Assembly: GCA_030390025.1 (NCBI GenBank)
Contig: CM059427.1
Location: 188,108,001 to 188,172,000, forward strand
DNA: 64,000 nucleotides
Source: Squalus acanthias
Taxonomy: Eukaryota
Direction: 5' to 3'
Shown: in pieces, positions 1 through 11,599 of the stretch
Layout of the letters: every line of letters begins with the position of its first letter
How positions within the stretch are numbered: position 1 is the stretch's first letter
Position numbers and translations under genes: made by a program
Notes under the pieces: generated by a model
The model's input: only the letters and a program-made list of their open reading frames with translations
What the model was told of the DNA's origin: nothing
Database searches by the model: none

Positions 1-760
1 CTGGGGGTTCCCTGTACGATGGGTTTCAGAATGCCCTCGACGTATCCAGAGAGGTTCTCACACAGGGTTCCATTGCCTGATACGATAGGACGTCTGAGAC
101 AACGTATGAACGAGCACCGCGCAACAATCGCCAGGCAGGATTGTTACCTCCCAGTCGGGGAACACTTCAGCAGTCAAGGACATTCAGCCTCGGATCTGCG
201 GGTAAGCGTTCTCCAAGGCAACCTTAGAAACACACGACAACGCAAAATCATCGAGCAGAAACTGATAGCCAAGTTGCGCACTCATGAAGACGGTCTCAAT
301 CGGGATCTTGGGTTTATGTCACGATACATGACGTGATCCGGACTCGAGTCGTCGTTAGCTTGTTCACAGATGTGATTCCCAGTAAAAAAAGTAAAAATTT
401 TCCCAGTAAAAAAGTAAAAAAATGTTAAAGCTTTTCGTTTTACATACAGACGGCAGCTTTTGACACGTTAGAACCCCTGCGACTACACCTCATTGTCTCA
501 GTTGTATCTTGCTATGTCTTTGATGTGGTACCTTCCTGGCTGACTTAATTAACTTTATCACACCTCGGCAGATAGTCAGGATGATTTAATTTATTGGTCT
601 GCAATTGTAAAGTACACATTCTTTGTTTTCCATCTATATATGCTTTGGAGATTCTGTATCTAATTTACTTCACCTGAGGAAGGAGCAAATCGATAGCTCC
701 GAAAGCTTGTGATTTCAAATAAAACTGTTGGACTATAACCTGGTGTTGTGCGACCTCTCA
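1..760 (+). mobile_element. Penelope-like element 3' part (GIY-YIG end plus pseudo-LTR) with an inverted RT fragment at 1-93
   Basis: ORF 19-336 ends LRQRMNEHR..PVGEHFS..HSASDLRVSVLQ..EQKLIAKLRTHEDGLNRDLGFMS (PLE GIY-YIG C-terminus). 1-93 reads RPIVSGNGTLCENLSGYVEGILKPIVQGTP on the minus strand. Tail ctgttggactataacctggtgttgtgcgac is shared with 10790 and 44115. Confidence 0.9.
670..712 (+). ncRNA. Minimal type I hammerhead ribozyme motif in Penelope pLTR
   Basis: tcac-CTGAGGA-a-ggagc(aaatcgata)gctcc-GAAA-gctt-gtga: core boxes, 5-bp stem II, stem I tcac/gtga, palindromic stem III. Confidence 0.75.
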
Positions 761-1200
761 ATTCTATGAGATAGCCAGTTACTTATCCAATCGGCCAAAT
801 TTCCCTCTATCCCACAACTCCTTACTTTCTTCATGAGCCGACCATGGGGAACCTTATCAAACGCCTTACTAAAATCCATGTATACGACATCAACTGCTCT
901 ACCTTCATCTACACACTTAGTTACCTCCTCAAAGAATTCAATCAAATTTGTTAGGCAAGACTTACCCTTCACGAATCCGTGTTGACTATCCCTGATTAAG
1001 TTGCCCCTTTCCAAATGGTCATAAATCCTATCCCTCAGGACCTTTTCCATTATCTTACCAACCACCGAAGTAAGACTAACCGGCCTATAATTACCAGGGT
1101 CATTCCTATTTCCTTTCTTGAAGAGAGGAACAACATTCGCCACTCTCCAGTCCTCTGGCACCATTCCCGTGGACAGTGAGGACCCAAAGATCAAAGCCAG
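761..1200 (-). mobile_element. CR1 LINE reverse-transcriptase fragment
   Basis: ORF 733-1296: VPEDWRVANVVPLFKKG..NYRPVSLTSVVGK..SQHGFVKGKSCLTNL..YMDFSKAFDKVPH. Confidence 0.95.
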
Positions 1201-1212
1201 ACCCATTGTCAG

Positions 1213-1492
1213 GCAGATATAGATGGAATACATCATTCGAGGTACAATTATGGGGAAGGAGAGAGATGCCCTGACCTGCTCTGTCTCTGATGTCACTGAA
1301 TCAATGACATTTGTTTGGATCAGAAACTAAAGCAACATTGTTGAAGAGAAATCGTTCAATGGATGGAATTGGGAAGGGAAATCATTGAGACTGATTATTC
1401 AGAAAGCTGACAGAGACAGAGGGAACTGGATATGTGTTTTGTTTTATCAAAACAGCCCCAGGTTTTACCCCTGTACTATCTGGAGCCCAGTG
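1213..1492 (+). pseudogene. Disrupted C2-type Ig-domain exon with WxC motif (IgSF receptor copy A)
   Basis: From 1271: LTCSVSDVTESMTFVWIRN*SNIVEEKSFNGWNWEGKSLRLIIQKADRDRGNWICVLFYQNSP. B-strand Cys, C-strand Trp and F-strand W-I-C are present. In-frame TAA at 1328-1330. The expected donor reads agtg/ctaagt instead of gtaagt. The 5' boundary is uncertain. Confidence 0.8.
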
Positions 1493-3166
1493 CTAAGTGA
1501 CTCCGCGTTTGCGCTCAACAGAAAATTCTTGTCACTAATTGTTCTTTTTACCAGAGATGACCCCTCATCCTTTGTGTCCTATTTCTCTCCACTATTGCTC
1601 ACAGCCTCCACATTCATAATTATTCACACCACAGTTTGAAACCACAAGAAATGCCACACAGTGGCTCAGACACATTGGGGGTAATTTTGACTTCGGGCGA
1701 TAGAGTCAAACGAGCGATATCGGATCAGCCGCCCGTTATACATCGCTCCTGATTTTCAGTTCCATTGATTTCAAAGTCAAAATTGTATCGGAAGGTTGGA
1801 AGGAGTGTGCAGTTTCAGATATGGAGGCTGAAGGCATGTGGCCTGATCAGAGAGTAAGGAGAGGGAAGAGTATGGTTCCTGTCTCGCCGCCCATGATTTT
1901 CTGATCAGCACGGGCTGTGTGTGAGGTTCTATCACTGGTGCAGAGCCTCAGAAAATCTACCCTCAGATAACTCAGCACAGCCTGGGATCGAGTTTGGTAC
2001 CTTCCCGGTCCGTATGTCTCAGATACGCATTGAGACAAGGCAAGCATTTATTTTTGAGAGCAAAATGGTACAGAAGCCATTTCCGTTGGTTTTCTGACCC
2101 AAAATCAATCCGAATCTTTAGGCAGAATGTTAAAAAAAAAATCACAGCAAAAAGCAATTCGCAGCTGCAAAAATTGCAATTGAATGTCTCCAAACTTCAG
2201 GCTCAGAGAAACTCTTCTTCTCTGCCTGTCTCAGCTGATCCTGGAAACATCGGAGCCTCATCACTCTCATTCTAACTGAGGGCTCGTGCACTGTGAGCAC
2301 AAGAGCAGGAAACTTGAGGCTCTGGGCGGCCTCCTGAAACAGGCTTTAGGTGTCTTGCACATGTAATTCTGGGTCCTATTGCCAACTGGAGGACCCCGAT
2401 TGAAATTGGTGGACAGATGGGCGGAGTTTATGCCGGGCCAGCTCCAGCTCACTGTACCAGGTTTTGAGTGGATGAACCACTGGTGTTTAACAGGACCATT
2501 GGAGGCCACTCAAGAAATGGCCGGAAAATCTTTTAACAGTTACATTTCTGTGGAGCCAGGGGGAGATGGAGTGCTTCTCCTGGCTCCACAATAATACTGC
2601 GGCCTGGGTTCGACCTCCACACAAGCCCACGGGTTTGGCTCCCCAAAGGACCTACCTGTGGGCTGGTTCAGCATCGAAGCTGGCTGGAATTCATCAGGCC
2701 CCCACTGGGACACAACGATTGGCATCTGCGTATCGTCTGTTTCATTCTAATGAGGGCTGATGGTGAATTTCATCTGGCCCCAGGCCGGCAGGGACCGGCG
2801 CTCAAAGCAATCACTTCGCCAACTCGATGCCCATTTTGGGACAAAGTTCAATTTCTCAGACTTGGAACCTGCAGATTTAAAAGCAGAGGAATGAAAGGGG
2901 ACCTTAAAGAGCTTTATAAGATAATGAATGGAACAGAAAATATTGGTCTGGAGGAAAATCTCTGGACTGGTATAAGAGGCAGTTGGAGACTGTGATGATG
3001 AGACTGTAAGATTACATCGAAGGATTAGCTGGAGGAACCGACTATCTTCCCTCATCCCTTGTCTTTATTTATCCTCATAATAATAAGGTTGAGTCCATGA
3101 GGGTGCTGCCAGAAAATGAAAAGTGAAGGTGTAGTGTTAGGAGATTTAAATCAGTCAGGAAATAAT

Positions 3167-3929
3167 GGCCCAAAAATTCGGCTGAATACGGGAGAGTACG
3201 AACTGTGCACTCTCGCGTATTCAGTCCCGAAGTGCCGGTTTCCTGCATGCACTGCGCATGCGCGGAAAACCGGCACTTCCGGTATGGCGAAGGGGGCGGT
3301 TCCTAAGTGAACCGCGTGTGCACTACAGGCTGTGCGCACGCAGCACACTTAGGTTTTTTTTCAGGTTTCAACACGAAGGTAAGTATGGAAGATTTTACAC
3401 ATGAAGAAAGGAGGCGTAAGACCCCCTTTTAACGAGGTAAGTAGTTAATGAAGTATTGTTTTAAATTTTTTTCAAAAGGTTTATCTTTTTTAGAGACTTT
3501 AAAGAAAGGTAGGTTTATTTTTATAACTTTTAAAAAGAATTTAAATTTTTTCAAAAATTTTAATTTTTGTTTAAAGTGGTTAATTTATTTAACTATAGTT
3601 ATTTTATTAATGTGATGTTTTTTTTTAAATTTATTTGAGGTTTAGCTGTTCTTTTGGGGGCAATTTGTATTCATAGTTTTGACAGTTCTCCTGTCAAAAC
3701 TATGAATGAAAGATGGTGTGCTGCCATTGGCTCTCCATGGCACACGTGATCCCAGAGGTCGCATCGAACTAACTGCGTCTCTGGGACACGCACACACTGC
3801 GCACCGGCACCAGGGAGAGGCCCAGGACCAGAAGTTCGTGTGGGCCCGAAACACAACGGCCGGCGCGGAGTGTGATATCGCGGGGGATCCATACCCCCAC
3901 GGCAAGCCTCCGAGTCAAATTTCTGGGCC
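3167..3929. mobile_element. ~750-bp non-autonomous TIR element (MITE family 1, Harbinger-like)
   Basis: Termini ggcccaaaaattcg / caaatttctgggcc, AT-rich centre, and internal motifs shared with copies at 30556, 36806, 43080, 46614 and 48757. Confidence 0.8.
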
Positions 3930-5037
3930 ATTAAAAGGAGTAAAAAGCATCAATGGTACATGGCTGAAATAAAGAACAGAGGGAAAAGAAACAAAAAGAA
4001 GCATCAGCTACACTGGGTTAAAAAAACCTCACAGGATTGAAGGAATCAAAAGCTTGTTAGACCGTTAAACTTACTGTGAATGCAGCTCTATCACCAACGT
4101 TGTTTGTGCCGGATTCTCACACAGGTCTTGTGATTCACTGAGCAATGGGAATTCCGACAGAGTATCCGTGATAGGCACCAGACAGGAATTCACCACCTCA
4201 ACAGCACTTGTACACGCACTGAGTGTTAATAATAGGCTCAGCAATATTACAAGGCAAGGTTTCACAACCAGCAGCACAGTGCGTGGATCCTGCGTTCGCT
4301 CCCACACTAGAAACCCCGCCAGAGGAACTTGGGGTCGATGTGAACTATCGGGTGTCTGACCGGCGGAGCGGGAGGGCGATGGACGGCCGCCCGATGGTGC
4401 TGACGGCAGGCCCGGTCCATGTTGACGGACGGGCCTCATTCGCATCACGCCGGCAGGCCTTGGGCAGAAATCGATGGGCCTACCGCCTGACTCCGCCCAC
4501 CCAGCGCTAGGCCCGGGAGAAGATCGCCGCGGCAACAGTGACTGCAGGAATGGGGGGAAGGGGGGCTGAGCCATTCCCGGCCATTTTCCGGGACATTACC
4601 ATCCCGATTCCACCAGCCGGGAGGCCTCAAAATTCAACCGCTCACTCCCTGAACAGTGGGATTATAGGTCATTGAATACAATGGCACATTGAGGCTTGCA
4701 AACCAGATATTAGAGAAGACAATGACATTGATATGGAGAGTAAACTAAAGACAAATGATTGGGGATAACATGGAAGATCACATTCAATGTTCTGTTTAAT
4801 AGTTTAAAATGAGGTTTGATAATCTTTACCATGATCAATGCCATGGGAGATGACCCAGTCTAACATAACTATAATGGAAGTCTGTCTACTGATGATATTG
4901 TCCACCTCATCTAGTGTTACAATATTATATTGATTAAGATTTTGAAATAAAATAGTAAATTAAATGTACCATAGATAAACATTACAACAACACACAAAAC
5001 TTTCAAAAACATGCGTGGTAGCACTGTTAAACATTAA

Positions 5038-5880
5038 GGGCTGGATTTTCAATGACCCGTGGAGTCGGGTTTGGAGGCGGGGGGGGGTTGAAGTTGCAGA
5101 TTCGGGGGTCCCGACCCCATCCCGCCTCCAACCCACCTCCATGCCAGTTTCTCTGGCGGCGGGTACCCGACCTGTGCTGAAACCCGACTCCCCGAGGCGG
5201 GAAGGGTTTAGTGACAATTAACTGCCTGTTAACAGGTAGTTAACAGGCAGCTTTTTGCATAATCCCTATTTTAAAAAGAAAAGTGTGGGCTTCCCGACAG
5301 GTGGCAACCACGCCAAGTTATCGGGGCAGGCCGTGGGTCTGCAGGGGTTGGAGGGGTCGATATGTCCAGTGGGCAGGTGAGTGATGGGTGCATGTGTGCA
5401 GAGGTAAGTGTGTAAGGTAAGTGCTAAGTGTTGGAAAAAGTTTTACTTACCTTAACTTCCTCCTGCAGGTGTCAGCCCTTCAGTTCTCGGGAGTTAGAAA
5501 TCTCACCGGCACAGAAAGCAGGAAAGCCGTGGTTCTGTCAAAAACTGCATCCTTCTGTTTTCTGTGCTGGAATGATTTCTAACTCAGCCTGAGAGGAAGC
5601 ACTGAAGTTAGAAATCATATTGTCAGTGTTTGACAGCTTCACAAAGCTGTCAAACGCTGATATTTCATCTGTCAAAAGCTCTTGACAGATAAAATGTCAG
5701 TCTGTGACGTCACCTGTTGCCGGGTGGCCCTTAATTGGCCTGCTGAGCCCACTGGGCAGGTTCAACAAGGTCAATCAAGGGAAAATACAGTGGGTTGGCC
5801 ACATCTCGATGGAGGCGGGTTCACAAGCCAGAATGTATGATTCCCGACCCCAACCCGACCCCAGATACAAAATTCAGCCC
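5038..5880. mobile_element. PIF/Harbinger-type MITE
   Basis: TIRs gggctggatttt / aaaattcagccc, flanked on both sides by TAA (3-bp TSD). Confidence 0.85.
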
Positions 5881-6399
5881 TAATAGTTTCAACAAAATAG
5901 CACTTTGTCAAAATAGGTGTTTTTTAAGTGAATGCCAGTTACAGATCTGTGGCTGTCTCACACCTTGATGGTTAATGTCTCCCCAGACAGCACAGCCGAG
6001 ATTGGGAACTCGCCACCTGGGGAATCTCAGGTGTGAATCTGTATTCTGCCACTCTGGTCAGGACAACACTTTCACATCCAGTTTGACAGTTTAGATAATG
6101 AATGACCCAATTTTGAGTTTATTCACTCCCTTTTCATTCACTCAGAGCTGCTCACTTTAATTCTAAACCATTGCACCCACAAGAATCTGTTGAAAATAGT
6201 CAAATCCAAACACATAAAATGTGACAAAAAGAACACAACGTGGACTTGGTCTTGATGGAAATATTTGGTTCTCTGGCTCCCAGTGTTTAAAGCAAAAATG
6301 TTTTCACTTTCCACATCTTTTATAGAATGACTGGCAGGAGTATTTAAATATTAAACGAGATGGAGAGTGAAACTAAAATATCAACTTTGTCCTTCACAG

Positions 6400-6503
6400 T
6401 GAGACCACTTCCGGAGATTTGGATCATCACAGTTTCGGGCTACTTGTTGGTTATTCTGGGCGTTGCTGTTGGACTAATTTGCTGCTTGAAGAGGATGACC
6501 AGA
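6400..6503 (+). CDS. Transmembrane exon of IgSF receptor copy A
   Basis: Acceptor ttgtccttcacAG, phase 1; encodes RPLPEIWIITVSGYLLVILGVAVGLICCLKRMTR; donor GTAAGA at 6504, phase 0. Confidence 0.85.
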
Positions 6504-7516
6504 GTAAGAATTTCTTTATCTTTCCAGTAAATCAGGAATTAGTGCCGAGCTGTCACTTGACACTGAGAAAACTGATGTTCGTTGAACAGATATTATGTGG
6601 TCACAAACTGTATTTTAAAATTTCATTTAAATATTGTACATTGTATTGAATTTAAAGGAATCATCAGTTAAAGGAAGCAATTGTTCCAAATTGTGTGAAT
6701 TCTTATAGCTTTGAATATTTTTCCTGATTCAAACGGCAATAACTTCCCTGCTCCCACTTTCCATCAGGCTCTGAGGAAGGAATCAGGGAGATCTCGGAGG
6801 GCCATACCTGATTATTAATGAATGGACAATGCTCAAACTAGGAGCCCAAACTTTTAATATGTTTCACTGATTATCACAAATATTCCTCTTGGAAATTAAG
6901 AACTTGATTGTCATCAGAAACCAATAATATGTGAACAGATGTTTGAAAATGAACAACCAGTAAAAATTGCAATAAACTGAACAGTAAGACTGTATTTAGT
7001 GAAAATTAATGATTATGAGAAACTTTACATCAGATCACAGCTCTGGGAGGTAACAAAAGAGACAGAATCAGTAGCTTTAGTAGGAGAGCATTGTTCTGTC
7101 AGAAGCAGAGTTGTAAGTTCAAGGAGGTAACTTTACTGGTGAGGTCAGTCAACCACAGGGAGAACCTCTCAGAAATGTGGTCACACTATGGCCATGAACT
7201 TTGACCTCAATGGTGTGACCTTATTTTACATTCATACATTCATAGTAGGAAAAATCTTCCACAATATCTGCTATCAGTAACTGGAGTTAGTTTATCATTT
7301 TAATCAGGTCTGTTCCTTCCAAATACTGAAGTTTATAATTGTTGAAATTATCTCATTAACACTGAGCCAGTGATGTGTGGGTCATGGTCTGTTCTGTTGC
7401 CCATTCTGTAAAATTACTCCTCTATTCGACTTCCTCTTTATCCATCACTTCCAGTCCAGTGTTTATTATTGAAGGATAAGCTCTTTATTTAAAGCACATT
7501 TCTTGCCTCTTGTCAG

Positions 7517-7624
7517 ATATCGAACAGCGGGAATCCACCCGAGCCGACAGAAAATAAAACGGATGATTCAGAAGAAGCCGTCGCATTACAGACCCTGAAC
7601 TCTGATACTGATCTGAGATCATAG
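7517..7624 (+). CDS. Cytoplasmic (last coding) exon of IgSF receptor copy A
   Basis: Acceptor tcttgcctcttgtcAG; phase 0 matches the TM exon; ISNSGNPPEPTENKTDDSEEAVALQTLNSDTDLRS*. Candidate poly(A) signal AATAAA at 8296. Confidence 0.65.
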   Translation: MSNSGNPPEPTENKTDDSEEAVALQTLNSDTDLRS

Positions 7625-7685
7625 ATTGACTGATACAGCACAGAAGGAGGCCATTCAGCCCATTGTGCCTGTGCCCATCGAGATC
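7621..7685 (-). mobile_element. Very short 5'-truncated CR1-type 3'-end insertion
   Basis: tacagcacagaaggaggccattcagcccat resembles an antisense CR1-type 3' UTR; flanked by the direct repeat GAGATC (7615-7620, 7680-7685). Confidence 0.65.
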
Positions 7686-8489
7686 TGCAGTCTATGGAAA
7701 CTAGATCGACCCAACTTGGGAATCTTTAGAAATAGATTTGTGGTTTTATTCTGGAGTTATTTTGTGGGTTTTTTAATGTATCTAGTTTAGTTTATATCCC
7801 GAAGTGTCCATTTCAATAGTTCCCAGTCTCAGTATCTGTTACTTTACTTCACAAGTCCTAACTTGCCAGGTCGCTGTAAGAAATTCTAATGGTGGAAAAT
7901 CGTGCGGAGATTGGGCTGAATTCCTGATCTCCACTCGTGGCCGGTGAGGCTCCAGGCTGGGGACACAGTTTTATAACTGTAGGGACTGACGGTGACCCAG
8001 TGGTACAGCCGTGTGTGGAGCTTGAAGTGCTGGGATGTGGATTTGTGACTGTGGGTCCCCAGTGAGTGATCTCAGCTGGACTCTCTCTGCAGAGGAGCTG
8101 AATGGAGCTGAGCTGCTACAAATGAGAAGGAATGAAACTCGGCTCAGTAAATATGGGCGTCTCCCCTGCACCTCCCAGCACCTGTTCACACAACGAGATC
8201 GCGGAATCTCCGGAGAAGGTTGTCTCCATGCTCCCACCCAGGGACTTGTTTGCAGCAGAGTGTGACTAAAAGATTAACAGAAAAGAAACAACATGAATAA
8301 AAGTTGTGGAAAAGTAAATCTGCAAATTAAAGTGGGAATGATTGCAGCTTTGGGAATGTTTTATTAATTTATCCTTAACAATCATTTAAAAGCCCTGATA
8401 ATCAATTGTTTGCTGATTTTACTGATAGATTGTGATGAAGAGATTGGTTTGGAATGGAATGGGAAAGTGTTTCCTTTTGTCATTGAATC

Positions 8490-9852
8490 TCTCCTGCCCT
8501 CCACCCTATCACAGACCTTCCCCTTTGTTCTTTCCTCCCCCTCTTTTCCCTGGCTCTCTACTTGCTTAAAAACAGTTAAATCTCTAACATCTGCCAGTTG
8601 TGTTGAAAGGTCATCGAGCTGAAACATTAACTCTCTTTCTCTCTCCACAGATGCTGCCTGTCCTGATGAGTGCTTTCCATGTTAGAAACCAGGGGTGTTC
8701 AAAATGTATATGGTTTTACGGATAAAACTGTGACGCGAGTAATGCTGTATTTACATGATTGTATTTGAACTAGAGACAGAAAGTCTCTCAGACTAGTATT
8801 AGAATAATTAGATAGGTGCGTAGAATCTGCCTATGTTTTGGTTCCCTGCGGATCTTATAGCATTCTGCAGTGTGACGGTCATCAATAATCTTGTTTTCAA
8901 GTCAGGATTTCAACCTTGTTTATATTTCTCTAATTTGACCGACCAAGGCCCAATGTTATATTTCTTCCATTACTGCTAATAACCATATTATAATGCTAAG
9001 GTAGGATTTTGACTTTGTTTAACAAAACTGCTTTAAAATGCGTAAGTTAACCAGTGTATGAGAATAGAATAGAAGATATCTTTGGGAATTTAATGATTCA
9101 TTCCATGGTACAATAGTCTGATAATGAAATAGTTAGTTTTGCATAGCTAAAGCTGCATGAACAGCATGAGCATAAATAACTGATAACAAGCAGTTACAAA
9201 CACCTGATGGCCAAGAATGGCATGTCCGACTCCAAACTAGGGAGGATAGAGACAAGAGAGATAAGACACGAATTCCAAAGGAAGAGCCTTCAGAAAGATT
9301 AAACAATAAGACAAATTGAATGAGGTAATGAGACCCCCTTTTGGGGAGGGCTTTCATCCAAGAACCAAGACAAAGAACTTGAGCTGTCATTGGTTGATGA
9401 GGTTTTCGCGGAACCTCTATAGGTTAATTGGTCTTGTCAATAACTTGGCTTCAGGCCCACCACTAAAAAGAGAATAAAAGTGACACCCTGAGTGCTTGTC
9501 CACACAGTCGGTGGAGGGGAGAGCCAGACAGAAGTTGAGCTGTTCAAACGCTCTTTTGAGAGTGATCCCATGCTCAATAACTCAAAGGCCCTAGAGAGAG
9601 AGAGAGAGAGAGAGGCCGGAAGCCAGAGAACTGTTCACGCACGCCAGCCGTCTGTCCGATCAGGACCGGTACCAGCTTCTTGTCACGGTCGCATGTTTTT
9701 GCTGTGTAACTAGCATGTTATATTCCATCTTAAACTCTGATTAAACAAAACATACCCACCATATTGGTTTGCAGTCGATGCTGATTATTTGAAAGACTGG
9801 AGATAAGCTACTAATTGGCCTAATCTCTACATCCAGCATTTTCTGTTTTTAT
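8490..9852 (+). mobile_element. Decayed Penelope-type pLTR fragment, split by a solo LTR
   Basis: 8597-8675 (gaaaggtcatcgagctgaaacattaactctct..ctctccacagatgctgcctg) matches 39320-39390 and resumes at 9832 (tccagcattttctgttttt). Confidence 0.7.
8680..9831. mobile_element. Solo LTR (Gypsy- or ERV-type)
   Basis: Starts TGTTAG and ends CTACA; 4-bp TSD TCCA at 8676-8679 and 9832-9835; 1152 bp; no coding content. Confidence 0.8.
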
Positions 9853-9955
9853 TCCTCTTCAGCCATGTTGCAATAATGGGGTGAGTACATTTCCCTTTCA
9901 TTTTGACTCCATTCTTTTAACCATTTATGGGAATGCATCTAAGGTAGTGGATCTG

Positions 9956-10552
9956 TGTACCTGATAAACCCCTTCGAATCCAGCACAGCTCCAGTTCTGG
10001 ACATGATAAACCCCTTCGAATCCAGCACAGCTGCAGTTCTGGACAGGATAAACCCCTTCGAATCCAGCACAGCTCCAGTTCTGGACATGATAAACCTCTT
10101 CGAATCCAGCACAGCTCCAGTCCTGTACATGATAAACCCCTTCGAATCCAGCACAGCTCCAGTTCTGGACATGATAAACCCCTTCGAATCCAGCACAGCT
10201 GCAGTTCTGGACAGGATAAACCCCTTCGAATCCAGCACAGCTCCAGTTCTGGACATGATAAACCTCTTCGAATCCAGCACAGCTCCAGTCCTGTACATGA
10301 TAAACCCCTTCGAATCCAGCACAGCTCCAGTTCTGGACATGATAAACCCCTTCGAATCCAGCACAGCTCCAGTTCTGGACATGATAAACCCCTTCGAATC
10401 CAGCACAGCTCCAGTTCTGTACATGATAAACCCCTTCGAATCCAGCACAGCTCCAGTCCTGGACATGATAAACCCCTTCGAATCCAGCACAGCTCCAGTT
10501 CTGGACATGATAAACCCCTTCGAATCCAGCACAGCTCCAGTTCTGGACATGA
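9956..10552. repeat. 42-bp tandem repeat, ~14 copies
   Basis: Unit atgataaaccccttcgaatccagcacagctccagttctggac, contiguous with no spacers. Confidence 0.97.
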
Positions 10553-10636
10553 CAAGACGGCTCAGCAAAAGCCTGAGATTGTTCTGTGTGAAACTTTCAG
10601 GCCTGTGATCTGCTCCTCGCTTTCATAATAAACCTA

Positions 10637-10854
10637 AATGAGAAGTCGCACAACACCAGGTTATAGTCCAACAGATTTATTTAAAATTATAAGCTTTCGA
10701 AGCTGTCGGCCCTTCCTCAGGTATTGTAACTTTACCTGAGGAAGGGGCGACAGCTCCGAAAGCTTGTAATTTTAAATAAATCTGTTGGACTATAACCTGG
10801 TGTTGTGCGACTTCTCATTTTTGTCCACCCCAGTCCAACGCCGGCATCTCCGCA
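10637..10854. mobile_element. Mini Penelope insertion: two inverted pLTR ends, each with a hammerhead motif
   Basis: ~87-bp inverted arms (10637-10724 / 10733-10820) and a 14-bp TSD tcataataaaccta (10623-10636, 10855-10868). Confidence 0.85.
10732..10769 (+). ncRNA. Minimal hammerhead ribozyme motif
   Basis: ttac-CTGAGGA-a-ggggc(gaca)gctcc-GAAA-gctt-gtaa. Confidence 0.7.
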
Positions 10855-11599
10855 TCATAATAAACCTAGACTCACTTCCTCAGATTCTGGGTCACAAATA
10901 GTTTATCAAAATGTACAGAATTATTACAGTGAATAAAAATGAGGCCAAGAGAGATTCCCTCAACTGAAGTGAGGTGTGATCTGGTTGCTGAGTCGTCACC
11001 TCCTAATCCAAGTTCGGAGAGTCCCTTCTCATCCATTGTCTGTTCCAGACTGAGGAGAATCTGTGGGAGATGAGTGACTAAATATCAAACTGTGTGGGAG
11101 AGGGAGGTCATTGGGAGGGGGGACGGCCCATCACCACCTCAGGTGCCAGTGCTGCCCTCATCCTGAGAAGAAATATAAAAAGGATCCTTTTTCAGTCTGT
11201 ATTTTCCAGAAGTTTCCTCCACAGCCTGCATTCTGCAGGGAAATAAAGTTTCTTCTCATCTTAACTCTGTCCTCAGGTTTCATATTTTTACGCAGCTCCT
11301 GTCGTTTGATATTCATGATTCAATTTAAACTACCTAAATTGTCAGACTCTCTCATCATTTTAAAGACTTGGATCATGTCATGTGACCCCTTCAGGCTTCT
11401 TCAGTGAAAAGACCTCCATCTGTCACTCACTAGACTTTGACATAACCAGAAGGGAACATTCCCTGGGTTTAGGATCCTTCCTGTTTTTATGCAGGAGTTA
11501 CCATTTTTAACCAGCTTCCATTGTTACATTCTTACATGGACTATTTTAAAATTAATACAGAAATCTGACTCCATTGAAAATCACACCGATTTGTATAAA

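Noticed and set aside
2170-3060. Additional exon between the Ig and TM exons of copy A
   Set aside because: No ORF with Ig motifs or convincing paired splice sites was found.
1213-7624. Calling the gene CD4 or LAG3
   Set aside because: Only the WxC motif supports it. There is no CxC tail motif and copy C D1 is unsplit, so no symbol was assigned.
9917-10608. CRISPR-like array or 14-aa repeat protein
   Set aside because: Units are contiguous with no unique spacers, there are no cas genes, and the context is eukaryotic. The same applies to the 40-bp and 31-bp arrays.
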